This document shows, one piece after another, positions 47,144 to 56,306 of a stretch of 64,000 nucleotides of DNA. This DNA comes from Hyalangium minutum. GTDB taxonomy: Bacteria > Myxococcota > Myxococcia > Myxococcales > Myxococcaceae. Made by a program: the position numbers and the translations under genes. The notes beneath the pieces were generated by a model. It ran no database searches. It saw only the letters and a list, made by a program, of their open reading frames with translations, and had not been told where the DNA came from. Location: NCBI RefSeq assembly GCF_000737315.1, contig NZ_JMCB01000004.1, forward strand, positions 476,314-540,313, written 5' to 3'. Within the stretch, counting starts at the first letter, position 1. Every line of letters begins with the position of its first letter.

Positions 47144-48757
47144 CTACGGGTGGATGGGGCGGGCGCGCGCTGCGGGCACGGTGGCGATCTCGGACTCGGG
47201 CGTGGACGGAGCGGAGGGCTGGGCCATGGCTTGCGTGACCAGCTCGATCAACTGCCTCCGGCCGTGGGGCAGGGGCGCCTCCGGACCGGTGAGCGCCATC
47301 AACTGCTGATGGAGCACCTCACCCGAGGGCGTGCGCTTGTCCAGGTCCCGCTGCAGGAGGCCCATGACGATGCCGTCCAGTGCGCGAGAGATGCCGGGCA
47401 CGAAGTGGGAAGGTGGCAGCAGCTCCTGATTCAAGGAGGCCAACATCAGCAGCGCCTGGTTGTTGCCCTGCAGAAGCGGCTCTCCGGTGAGCACCTCGTG
47501 GAGGGTGAGGCCCAGCGCGAAGAGGTCTGCCCGGCCATCGAGGGGATCGGCGCGGACCTGCTCGGGGGCCATGTAGCCCGCCTTGCCTCGCACCGTCTCG
47601 GCCTGGGTGAGGGCGCCGCGGTTGGCCGCGCGAGCGATGCCGAAGTCCGACAGCTTCACCTCACCAATGCGCGACAGCAGGATGTTGGGCGGGTTGAGAT
47701 CGCGGTGGACGAGGCCCATGGGTTCGCCGCGAGAGTCCGCGCGGGCGTGCATGTACGCGAGCGCCGAGGCGATCTCCGCACCGAGATAGGTGGCCGCGGC
47801 CGGGGGCAGCCGGTAAGCGGGCAGACGCTTGAGCAGGCTGCTCAGCGGCAAGCCTTGCACGTACTCCATCGCGAGGAAGACGGTGTCCTTGTGGCGCCCG
47901 AGGTCCAGCACCTGGACGATGTTGGGGTGGATGAGCAGCGAGCCCAGCTCGGCCTCGCGCCGGAACAGGGCGAGGAACTGCTCGTCGTCCGCGTAGGCGG
48001 GCAGCACGCGCTTGACGGCCACCTGCTTCTCGAAGCCGCCCTCGGGGCTGTAGGTGGCGCGAAACACCTCGGCCATGCCTCCCGCGCCCAGCCGCTCATG
48101 GAGGAGGTACTTGCCCATGACGTCCTTCTCACGGATGGCGCGCAGGGCGGCCTCGGCCTTGTGGACGATGATGCTGGCCAGCGTGGCGGTCAGCGGTCCG
48201 TAAGCGAAGAGGAACACGCAGCGCAGCACGATCATCGGCGGCGTCAGGGTGGTCAGCGGCTCGTCAGGCAGCAGGGGCCGCATGATGAACAAGTAGAGCA
48301 GCAGGTACTCCAGGGCCGCGATCGACGCCGCGTAGTAGGCCAGGAGCTTTCCCGCCCTCATGGCGCACACCACGATGAGGGCACCCCAGGCGAGCACCGG
48401 AGGCGTGGTGAGCGCGTAGACGGGGCCGTGGAAGTTCACCTCGATGGCGCAGGCCACCGCGGGGATGGACACGGTGATGGCGGTGTCCACCCAGGGGAGG
48501 GCAGGGTGGTAGTGGCCTCGCCGCAGAAACCAGAGCGTGATCGAGTAGTAGAGGGCCAGGCCGCCCGTGAGTCCCGCGAGGCTCAGCGCCAGGCCCCAGC
48601 CGATGGCGCCCACCAGGGCGAAGGAGGCCCCACAGCCGAGCGCCATCATGCCGCGCATGAAGCGGGCGATGGACGTCTCGCGGGGGACAACGTCTTGTTC
48701 CAGGTACTCCTGCAGCAGCCGAGTGGACTGCGACGCCTGGGGGGGAGTGGCCGGCAT
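47144..48757 (-). CDS. Membrane Ser/Thr kinase with N-terminal multi-TM domain
   Basis: About six hydrophobic helices followed by GAGGMAEV, VAVK, HRDLNPPN, DFG, GKAGYMAPE. Confidence 0.88.
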   Translation of the reverse strand: MPATPPQASQSTRLLQEYLEQDVVPRETSIARFMRGMMALGCGASFALVGAIGWGLALSLAGLTGGLALYYSITLWFLRRGHYHPALPWVDTAITVSIPAVACAIEVNFHGPVYALTTPPVLAWGALIVVCAMRAGKLLAYYAASIAALEYLLLYLFIMRPLLPDEPLTTLTPPMIVLRCVFLFAYGPLTATLASIIVHKAEAALRAIREKDVMGKYLLHERLGAGGMAEVFRATYSPEGGFEKQVAVKRVLPAYADDEQFLALFRREAELGSLLIHPNIVQVLDLGRHKDTVFLAMEYVQGLPLSSLLKRLPAYRLPPAAATYLGAEIASALAYMHARADSRGEPMGLVHRDLNPPNILLSRIGEVKLSDFGIARAANRGALTQAETVRGKAGYMAPEQVRADPLDGRADLFALGLTLHEVLTGEPLLQGNNQALLMLASLNQELLPPSHFVPGISRALDGIVMGLLQRDLDKRTPSGEVLHQQLMALTGPEAPLPHGRRQLIELVTQAMAQPSAPSTPESEIATVPAARARPIHP

Positions 48758-48808
48758 GGGGGCGTGACTGTAACCCGACGTGGTGGATTCCGTCCTACCG
48801 CGAAACCC

Positions 48809-49240
48809 TCATCTCGGAAGGCCGCAACGAATCCACGTCAGGATCGCGAGCCGCTCCTCGAGCGTCATGGGGACCCCTGCGTCGGCGGGCGGCATGGTGC
48901 AGTCACGCACGTTGGTTCGAATCGTGTCCTGCCAATCCGCGACGTGTCCGTAATCCGCCAGTGACCAGGGACCTCCGGGCGAGCCGGAGTGGCAGACGAC
49001 GCACCGGCGATCGAAGATCGGTGCCACGTCTGGGTAGTGCGGGGCGGGAGAGGGACACGCCGTAGGGGCAGGCACGACAGGGCATCCAGAAGGCTCCTCG
49101 CTGCCCGGACCCGCGTCTGGCAACGAGGTTCCTCCATCTGGCTCGCCCGTCGGTGGATCGGGTGTCGCGCCTTCACACCCCAGCGCAGTGAAGCCGCTGA
49201 TCACTGCCCACAAGAGGACACGCCTCGCTCTGGAACGCAT
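48809..49240 (-). CDS. Lipoprotein monoheme cytochrome c
   Basis: Lipobox TALGC; CVVCH heme-binding motif; TMPP (candidate distal Met); LTWIRCG. Confidence 0.7.
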   Translation of the reverse strand: MRSRARRVLLWAVISGFTALGCEGATPDPPTGEPDGGTSLPDAGPGSEEPSGCPVVPAPTACPSPAPHYPDVAPIFDRRCVVCHSGSPGGPWSLADYGHVADWQDTIRTNVRDCTMPPADAGVPMTLEERLAILTWIRCGLPR

Positions 49241-49350
49241 GGCTGGAGACTAGTGCAGGGGTGGATCCATCGCTTGCGACAATTTGCCCCATGGGCATGA
49301 AGTGCTTGGCTCGCGATAAGTGCTCCCGCTTTTCGGAAAGGAGCACACAT

Positions 49351-50052
49351 ATGAAGCGGACTGTCGCGGCGGTGCTGGCTATCACAGGAGCCTTCTTGGT
49401 GCCCGGAGTGGCCCTTGCACACATCGCGGTGTCTTCGGGCCCAGGCTTCGCCAACACGACTCAGGAGATCGCCTTCGGAGTGGGGCATGGCTGTGAGGGA
49501 GCGGATACCTACAGCGTGAAGGTCGACATCCCCGCGGGGGTGACGTCGGTGCGCCCCGTACGCAGTGACTTTGGCAATGTGTCTGTCGAGAAGAACGCGC
49601 AGGGCGATGTGATCGCCGTTGTCTGGCAGAAGGCAGACGCCGATGTGCTCCCGAGTGACCTCAGCTATTACAAACTCGTGATCCGGCTCAAGGTTCCCAA
49701 CCAGCCGTTCACGACCCTGTACTTCCCGACCCATCAAACCTGCAAGGCGAGCAACGGGACCCTCACGACGGTCGACTGGGTCGGCACGCCCACGACCACA
49801 GGGGGAACGACGGCGCCGGAGCCCGCGCCAGAGCTGCGGATTGTCCCCGCGAGGAAGGCCGGTTGGAACAAGTACACGGTGCCGGCGGCTGTGACGGACC
49901 TGAGCCTCTTCTTCGGGGACGCACAGATCGTGTGGAAGGGGACCGCGGCCTATAGCGCCAACGCCTCTACTGCGGAGCTTGCGAAGACGACCTCGGGCGT
50001 CTCCGAGCTCACGTCGCTCCAGGCCAACGATGAGATCTGGGTGAGGTACTGA
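49351..50052 (+). CDS. YcnI/DUF1775-family copper-binding protein with extra C-terminal domain
   Basis: Signal ALA|H (mature N-terminal His), FGVGHGCEG, YFPTHQTC, VDWVG. Confidence 0.75.
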   Translation: MKRTVAAVLAITGAFLVPGVALAHIAVSSGPGFANTTQEIAFGVGHGCEGADTYSVKVDIPAGVTSVRPVRSDFGNVSVEKNAQGDVIAVVWQKADADVLPSDLSYYKLVIRLKVPNQPFTTLYFPTHQTCKASNGTLTTVDWVGTPTTTGGTTAPEPAPELRIVPARKAGWNKYTVPAAVTDLSLFFGDAQIVWKGTAAYSANASTAELAKTTSGVSELTSLQANDEIWVRY

Positions 50053-50252
50053 TGAGGCGCGCGCTCATGAAGACCCGTGGGTTGTGGCTGCTCGCCGCGC
50101 TGGCGTTGGCCTCGTGCAGCGACGACTCACCGCCGCCCACCCCTGAGCAACCGCAGGGGTTGAGCTCGTGTCTCGAATCGCCCACCCAGCTCGCGCGCCC
50201 CCCGTCTGGGCAGCTCCCCTGTGAGTTGCTCCCTCCGGGATTCGGGACATAA
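50052..50252 (+). CDS. Small lipoprotein with two additional Cys
   Basis: Lipobox LALASC; SSCLE...LPCELLPP; TGATG coupling to the upstream stop codon. Confidence 0.65.
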   Translation: MRRALMKTRGLWLLAALALASCSDDSPPPTPEQPQGLSSCLESPTQLARPPSGQLPCELLPPGFGT

Positions 50253-50260
50253 GCGGGTTT

Positions 50261-50313
50261 GGGGCTCGTCAGGGCTCCAAGCCACCGCCTTGGAGCTTGC
50301 TTCTCCGAGCCCC
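50261..50313. terminator. Composite hairpin after the ycnI operon
   Basis: Inner stem gctccaag/cttggagc (50274-50296) and outer stem gggctcg/cgagccc. Confidence 0.35.
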
Positions 50314-50509
50314 GCAGGGTGAGGGGAATGGATGACAGGGACCGAAGGTTCCACCCTCAGCCGCCAGTCACGGGTCCGCTTTTCGAAGAAATGGAGAGCG
50401 GCCCCTCGCCAAGAGCTTGGAAACGTGACACACGGTGATGGTCGGCCCTGAATAGGGGAGCGGCCTCCGGCTCAACTCATTGATGCCGGACAAGAAAGAA
50501 GACGAGTTC

Positions 50510-50713
50510 ATGGCAATTGGTACCGTGAAGTGGTTCAACGACGCGAAGGGCTTCGGTTTCATCACGCAGGAGGGCGCGGGCGAGGATCTCTTCTGCCATC
50601 ACAGCGCGATCCAGGCCGATGGCTTCCGTTCCCTGCAGGAAGGGCAGAAGGTCCAGTTCGATGTGGCCCGCGGCCCCAAGGGTCTGCAGGCGCAGAACGT
50701 CCGCCCCGTCTAA
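50510..50713 (+). CDS. cspA: Cold-shock protein
   Basis: [15 protein letters not shown]...DLFCHHSAI...[14 protein letters not shown]...[10 protein letters not shown]. Confidence 0.96.
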   Translation: MAIGTVKWFNDAKGFGFITQEGAGEDLFCHHSAIQADGFRSLQEGQKVQFDVARGPKGLQAQNVRPV

Positions 50714-50738
50714 CGCGCGTCCGCTAGGCCCTGCACCC

Positions 50739-50778
50739 GGCCCAGTCTCCACAGCGAGGCTGGGCCTTTTTCATTTTT
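50739..50778 (+). terminator. Rho-independent terminator of csp
   Basis: ggcccagtctc-cacagc-gaggctgggcc (11-bp stem, one G-U pair) followed by tttttcattttt. Confidence 0.8.
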
Positions 50779-50965
50779 CGGCGGGGTGGGCATCCGCGAT
50801 CCAAGTGCTTAGCTTGATGCTCCTCAGCGGTACCGTGAAGAGTTGCCAAGGCGGCTCTGCCTCCTCGGCCTGGCGGTCCGCTTCCCGGCGCATCAGGACT
50901 GCAGGTACGGTCCCGGTCTCCAGCAGGAGACGGGCCACTCACTCACTCACTCAATTTGGAGACTC

Positions 50966-51148
50966 ATGACGGTCACATTCATCAAGCGGCAGAAGGAGCG
51001 GGCTCGTCAGCAGCGCAATCAGGACAAGCAGCTCAAGCGCGAGCAACTCAAGCGTGAGAAGGCCGAGCGCCCCGCCCGCATGGACGGCGGAGTCGACCCG
51101 GACATCGCGCACATCATCCCGGGGCCCCAGGCCCCGCTGGAGTACTGA
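50966..51148 (+). CDS. Small basic/coiled-coil protein downstream of csp
   Basis: GGAGA RBS; KRQKERARQQRNQDKQLKRE...DPDIAHIIPGPQ. Confidence 0.65.
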   Translation: MTVTFIKRQKERARQQRNQDKQLKREQLKREKAERPARMDGGVDPDIAHIIPGPQAPLEY

Positions 51149-51288
51149 GGACAGGATGTCATCCCTCTCGCTCGTGCGCACCCGCACTGGGCCGAGGGAT
51201 GAGCGGGCGAGGAAAAAATAAGGAAACTGGCTCTGGTAGGCAGTGGTGATACCGCTACCGCATTCACTGCCCCCTCGAGGACATCCTC

Positions 51289-53598
51289 TTGAAAAGCCTC
51301 TCCACCAGCCTGTGGCTGGCACTCACGCTGGTGCTGGTCACGGGCTGCTCGCCTTCTGCTCCCATCACCAGCGCTGTCCAGGTTGCCGTCTCCGTCCCCC
51401 AGGCTCTCTCCTCCAGTGACGTCACCCGCGTCCAAGTGACGGTCTCTGCCTCGGACATGGCCTCCCTCTCCGTCGAGCTGGCTTCGTCCAACGGCTCCTG
51501 GGGCGGCCTCATCGGCAACATCCCGGCGGGTTCCAACCGCTCCTTCCTCGCTCAGGCTTACGACGCCTCCGGCACCCTGCGCTTCCAGGGACAGACCTCG
51601 GGCGTCACCCTTTTCCCCAACCAGACCACCGCCGTCGCCCTCATCCTCCAGGAGCTTTCTCCTCCTCCTCCCTACGCCAATGAGGCCCCCGTCATTGATT
51701 CCCTGGTGGCCTCCTCCACTTCTGTCCTGACGGGCGGCGCGCTCTCCCTCACTGCCATCGTTCACGATCCCAACCCGGGTGACACCCTCTCCTTGGCGTG
51801 GACCGCTTCTGGCGGCTCCTTCTCTGACCCCGCCGCCGCCTCCACCTCTTGGACGGCGCCTTCCTCCGTCGGCGTCCAGACCCTTACCCTCACCGTGACG
51901 GACTCCCAGGGCGCCGCCGTCTCCGTCTCCTTGGCCGTCAACGTCTCCTCCGACGGCGCCGCTGCTGGCAACGCCGCCCTCAACATCTCCTTCAACCTCT
52001 GGCCTGTCATCTCCAAGGTCTCCGCCTCGCGCAACCTCCTCGACGCAGGACAGTCCACCTCCGTCTCCACCCTGGCCTCCGACGCGGATGGCGATGCGCT
52101 CTCCTACGCGTGGACTGCCTCTTGCCCGGGCACCTGGACCCACGCCTCTTCCAGCACCGCCTCCTTCATCCCTTCCTCGGTTCCCGCAGGCGCCTGCAAC
52201 AACTGCCGCCTGACCGTCACCGTTCAGGATGGACGCGGTGGGCAGAACACGGGCTCCCTCTCCCTCTGCGTCGCCGCATCCTCTCCCGAGCGTTTCGCTC
52301 CCCGCTTCTCCCAGTTCTACCAGTCCGCCACTTCCACCTCTCCGGGCCAGACGGTGACCTTTGACGTCACCGCCCTGGACCCTCAGTCCGCTTCCCTGAC
52401 GTTTGCGTGGACCGCCACTTACGGCTCACTGGGCACACCCGCCCACGGCGCCTCCACCAGCCGCATTATCTGGACGGCCCCCTCCTGTACTCCCGCGAGC
52501 ACTGCCTCGGTCATCACCGTGACCGTCACCAACGCCTTCAACCTGTCCGCCACTCAGAGCTTCTCGGTGGCAGGCTTGCCCGCCTGTGTCTCGGGGTGGG
52601 CCGCCACGGGCTCCATGGCCTCGCCTCGCTACCAGCACACGGCGACGCTGCTGCCCAACGGCAAGGTTCTTAACGTGGGGGGCCGCTACAACGGCGGTAG
52701 CACCGACATCGTGGCGATGGCGGAGGTGTACGACCCGGCCACGGGCACCTGGAGCGCAGCCGGTTCCCTGGTCGCGCCTCGCTTCCAGCACACGGCGACG
52801 CTGCTGCCCAACGGCAAGGTCCTCGTCGCGGGAGGACGCGGCACCGGCTACCTCGCATCGGCGGAGGTGTACGACCCGGTCACGGGCTCCTGGAGCGCGA
52901 TCGCCTCCATGGCCTCGCCTCGCCTCCTGCACACGGCAACGCTGCTGCCCAATGGCAAGGTCCTCGTCGCGGGGGGATACACCGGCAGCAGCTACACGGC
53001 ATCGGCGGAGGTGTACGACCCGGCCACGGGCACCTGGAGCGCGACCGGTTCCATGGTTGCGCCTCGCTACGTCCACACGGCGACGCTCCTGTCCAACGGC
53101 AAGGTCCTCGTCGCGGGGGGATACAACAGCAGCAGCACCTACCTGAGGACGGCGGAGGTGTACGACCCGGCTACGGGCTTCTGGAGTGCTGTCGGTTCCA
53201 TGAGCACTTATCGCGGTTTCCACCCGGCGACGCTCTTGGCCAACGGCAAAGTCCTCGTCTCGGGGGGAAATCGAAGCAGCACCGACTCCTCGGCGACGGC
53301 GGATTTGTACGACCCGGCCACGGGCACCTGGAGCGTGACGGGTTCCATGGTCTCGATTCGCAGTGGCCACCCGGCAGTGTTGCTGCCCAATGGCAAGGTG
53401 CTCGTCGCGGGGGGAAGTGGCACCTCGACGGTGGAGTCATACAACCCAGCCTTGGGGACCTGGAGCGCTGCTGTTCCCATGGCTGCTGTTCGCAGTGGCC
53501 ACACGGCGACGCTGCTGACCAATGGCACGGTCCTCGTCTCAGGGGGAACCAATGGGAGCAGCGGCGTCCTCACGACGGCGGCGGTGTACTCGCCCTGA
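51289..53598 (+). CDS. Kelch-repeat lipoprotein with Ig/PKD-like domains
   Basis: Lipobox LVTGC; Ser/Thr-rich Ig-like modules; about six to seven repeats of RxxHTATLLPNGKVLVAGG...AEVYDPATGTW. Confidence 0.88.
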   Translation: MKSLSTSLWLALTLVLVTGCSPSAPITSAVQVAVSVPQALSSSDVTRVQVTVSASDMASLSVELASSNGSWGGLIGNIPAGSNRSFLAQAYDASGTLRFQGQTSGVTLFPNQTTAVALILQELSPPPPYANEAPVIDSLVASSTSVLTGGALSLTAIVHDPNPGDTLSLAWTASGGSFSDPAAASTSWTAPSSVGVQTLTLTVTDSQGAAVSVSLAVNVSSDGAAAGNAALNISFNLWPVISKVSASRNLLDAGQSTSVSTLASDADGDALSYAWTASCPGTWTHASSSTASFIPSSVPAGACNNCRLTVTVQDGRGGQNTGSLSLCVAASSPERFAPRFSQFYQSATSTSPGQTVTFDVTALDPQSASLTFAWTATYGSLGTPAHGASTSRIIWTAPSCTPASTASVITVTVTNAFNLSATQSFSVAGLPACVSGWAATGSMASPRYQHTATLLPNGKVLNVGGRYNGGSTDIVAMAEVYDPATGTWSAAGSLVAPRFQHTATLLPNGKVLVAGGRGTGYLASAEVYDPVTGSWSAIASMASPRLLHTATLLPNGKVLVAGGYTGSSYTASAEVYDPATGTWSATGSMVAPRYVHTATLLSNGKVLVAGGYNSSSTYLRTAEVYDPATGFWSAVGSMSTYRGFHPATLLANGKVLVSGGNRSSTDSSATADLYDPATGTWSVTGSMVSIRSGHPAVLLPNGKVLVAGGSGTSTVESYNPALGTWSAAVPMAAVRSGHTATLLTNGTVLVSGGTNGSSGVLTTAAVYSP

Positions 53599-53634
53599 GG
53601 AGTGAAGCGAAGTAGGTATCCCCGAGCCGAGCGG

Positions 53635-54390
53635 TCACGGAGAGTCGCGCCCGCCGATCATTGGGAAGCGCTCGTACGTCCGCTTGAGCGCGTCCAGGTG
53701 GGCGGGGTTGTCGAAATCGAGCGGCGCATCGGTGAGCTGCACGACCCATCCACCCGCCGCCGTGCGCCGCGCCCGCGTGAGCAGCTCGGCGTCGCGGGCC
53801 GGGTCCGGGAACCCGATGACTCGTGCGGCGGCTGCCGACCAATAGTTTAGCCACCCAAGGAAATAGGGGATCTCTGGCGCGCGGATCTGTTCGAGGAGCT
53901 TGAGGGCAGGCAGCCCCCGACGTGGGGACGGCGGCCCTTCCCTCGTGGGAGCTGTCTGATACGCGATGTCCAGCGCAGCGTCATCCGGCGTCGCATGTCC
54001 CCAGAACGCGCAAGCGCCCTCCGCTACGCGCTCCAGCATCTCCCCCGCAGCCGCGATAACTGCCGTGTCTAGCGGCATCTTCGCATGGACATCGAGCAAC
54101 GATTGGCCGCCCGGCGCTTGGCTTGCGGGTGTTGTCAACCCGCTAATCTTCACCGGGAAACGATTATCGCCATTGCATACGAGTGGGAACTTCCCGCGTG
54201 CCGCTGCCTCAGAGAGCCATTCGTCGCGCTGTGGCAACAGGGCAAGCCGTCGCTTCTCGGTAACTCTCCACTCCAGGCGCAAGCCGGGCAGCGCCCGTTC
54301 CATACCACGGACGACAGCGAGTGTGCGGCCGTCATTGGCCACGAGCGCTGGTGCGTAGACGGTCAGATCGAGGCGTTTCCGAGGGGTCAT
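53635..54390 (-). CDS. DUF5953-family putative immunity protein
   Basis: LTVYAPALV...VVRGMERALPGLRLEW...PYFLGWLNYWSAAAA...GFPDPARDAELL...GGWVVQLTDAPLD; ATGA-coupled to the upstream toxin gene. Confidence 0.75.
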   Translation of the reverse strand: MTPRKRLDLTVYAPALVANDGRTLAVVRGMERALPGLRLEWRVTEKRRLALLPQRDEWLSEAAARGKFPLVCNGDNRFPVKISGLTTPASQAPGGQSLLDVHAKMPLDTAVIAAAGEMLERVAEGACAFWGHATPDDAALDIAYQTAPTREGPPSPRRGLPALKLLEQIRAPEIPYFLGWLNYWSAAAARVIGFPDPARDAELLTRARRTAAGGWVVQLTDAPLDFDNPAHLDALKRTYERFPMIGGRDSP

Positions 54391-55295
54391 CGTTTGCATC
54401 CTGTGACGACGACATTGAGGAATCGATCCACGCGCAGCAGCGCGTCTTTGTGTGCTTGGGTGCTCACGCCAACAACGAAGTCATAGCCACAGGCCTGCGC
54501 CGCCCGGCGCTCCTCGCGCAATTGCTCAATCTCTTTCTCAATCTCCTGATCTTGGATGAAGTCAGGGTACGTGTTAAAGCGATGGGTCTTGATCTCCCAC
54601 AGCACGCGCACGCCGACTTGAAGAGCGTCGAAGCGCTCGCCGCCCACGAATACGTCCATGCCGGGATAACGGTTGGGCGGAAACTTATCGGCGCACTCGT
54701 TATGCGGGACATCTCCGCCCGCGTGCCGTACCGGGATGGGATCGCACGACGGACTGCGCGGCTTGGTTTCTGGCGGTGGGGGGAAGATGTCTCCGGTGCT
54801 CGACCCCCTCGGCTTGGGCGCTTGGTTCGCTAACGGTTCATTGGCGGGCCGCGTTTGAGCCTTGGGCTTCGCGCGCTCGCGGGATGCGTTCCGTTGATAT
54901 GCATCGCTCCCCTCTTGGATGGCGGCTGCCACGACCACTACGCCAATCACAATCACTGCACCCGCGACGATCTCGGGCGCTGCAAAGATACAGAGAGCCA
55001 CGACTGCGGGAGTTGCTGCATCCGCGTAGGCGACAGCGCATCTTTTGGTGACATCCCGAAACCTGACTCTGTCGCGATCGAGCGCGTGAAAGCACCGCTC
55101 CGCAAGGATAGGCCATTCGTTGGATGCTTCTCGCACCGCACACTGTCCATCATCCGTCCAGGGATACAGTGCCGCACGCTGAAGATTGGCGAGTCGCGGG
55201 CTCGGGGCCTCCACCTCTCCCGGGCTCAGGTCCATCGTGGCGCAGGCCGAGAGTAGAAGTAGAAACAGGGGGACGCTGCACGTTTGCAGGCGCAT
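54387..55295 (-). CDS. DUF6310-type lipoprotein with C-terminal PD-(D/E)xK nuclease-like toxin domain
   Basis: Lipobox LLLSAC; hydrophobic central segment; FDALQVGVRVLWEIKT; ends CGYDFVVGVST...VVVTGCKR. Confidence 0.75.
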   Translation of the reverse strand: MRLQTCSVPLFLLLLSACATMDLSPGEVEAPSPRLANLQRAALYPWTDDGQCAVREASNEWPILAERCFHALDRDRVRFRDVTKRCAVAYADAATPAVVALCIFAAPEIVAGAVIVIGVVVVAAAIQEGSDAYQRNASRERAKPKAQTRPANEPLANQAPKPRGSSTGDIFPPPPETKPRSPSCDPIPVRHAGGDVPHNECADKFPPNRYPGMDVFVGGERFDALQVGVRVLWEIKTHRFNTYPDFIQDQEIEKEIEQLREERRAAQACGYDFVVGVSTQAHKDALLRVDRFLNVVVTGCKR

Positions 55296-55322
55296 GGCCA
55301 CGTCCTTTCAATCAGGCGCGGG

Positions 55323-55352
55323 AGTTGACGTCAGATATCTATATCGTCAACT
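55323..55352. promoter_or_regulatory. AT-rich inverted repeat upstream of the toxin gene
   Basis: agttgacg-tcagatatctatat-cgtcaact (8-bp arms). Confidence 0.4.
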
Positions 55353-55422
55353 AGAAAGGGTTCGGGGTGAAGACCCTTGCAGCCTCGCTCCATGCAGCTA
55401 GCGGTACACCTTTCCGCCCCAA

Positions 55423-55563
55423 ATGAACGACGAGAAGATCCGCGACAACACGCACCGGGTGGTGGACGAGTCCCGCCGGACTGGAGTGCTGCCTCGCCAG
55501 TCCGCGGTGGCGCTCGCGGAGCAACGCGTGCGCGAGGCCTGGCGCTCACGCCGCTGGAGATGA
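55423..55563 (+). pseudogene. 3'-terminal remnant of a Glu/Leu/Phe/Val dehydrogenase-like gene
   Basis: Translated by hand as MNDEKIRDNTHRVVDESRRTGVLPRQSAVALAEQRVREAWRSRRWR*, resembling the C-terminal helices of that family (recalled, not searched). Confidence 0.5.
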
Positions 55564-56021
55564 CTCCCTTCCTCAGGTCCGCTCATGGGCACGGGAGTGC
55601 CCTGCCAGGGCTCAAGGTCACGCTCGAGCTCTTCGTCATCAAGACGTGGGACGGCAACAGCCCATTTGCTGGCCCGGATCGCTGGATAGCGTCAGTCGAC
55701 GGTGGCCCCGTGCTGCTCGATGCCACCTTCTCCAACGATGATGCCCCGTTCGACCCCGAGTTCTTCCAATCGTACCCGCAGCAGTTCCCCGGAGGCAGCA
55801 ACCCGGGCCTCACCGGCGCGGAGGAGAAGGGCACGCTCGGCTACCCCGATGAGTCCGGCTACGGCGGGGTGGGAGACTCCATCTACAAGCTCACCTTCAC
55901 CTTCCGCCACTCGGGCAACCACCTGACCCTCCGTTTCGTGGATCCGCCCCGAGCTGATGCCAACGAGCTGTGGGGGCTGGATTGCGTGCGCGTCAAAGTC
56001 CGCAAGGCGGAGACGCGGTAG
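55560..56021 (+). pseudogene. N-terminally truncated extracellular beta-sandwich domain
   Basis: ELFVIKTWDGN...GPD...LLDATFSN...QSYP...GTLGY...DSIYKLTFTFRH...ELWGLD resembles a domain of secreted/PEP-CTERM-type proteins; no signal peptide. Confidence 0.45.
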
Positions 56022-56043
56022 GGGAGCATCGGGTCACCCAGAC

Positions 56044-56073
56044 CTGGGAGCGGAGGACACTCTCCGCTCCCAG
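56044..56073. terminator. Perfect 12-bp hairpin
   Basis: ctgggagcggag-gacact-ctccgctcccag, 22 nt after the 56021 stop; no U-tract. Confidence 0.5.
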
Positions 56074-56306
56074 CGGGAAGGGTGGAGCGCTCTTGGACTG
56101 GGCGGGCAGTTGCTCCAAGGCAGGGTGTTGCGTCTCCGTCTCGCGCGAAGGTGAAGGAGGAACAAACCTCCGATACGGCGAGCACTTACACAACTACACA
56201 ACCCCGAGCCCCTGACGGACGCCGCCACGCTGCCGTGGTAAGCGGAAAAGAAGAAAATTCTGGGGGATGACTCAACGGAATCGCCCCTGGGGTGTTCCTC
56301 CAGGCG

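Noticed and set aside
50936-50953. (CACT)n microsatellite as a phase-variation switch
   Set aside because: Only about four units, intergenic; too short to support the claim.
52597-53595. ~140-bp nucleotide repeats
   Set aside because: Fully explained by kelch protein repeats.
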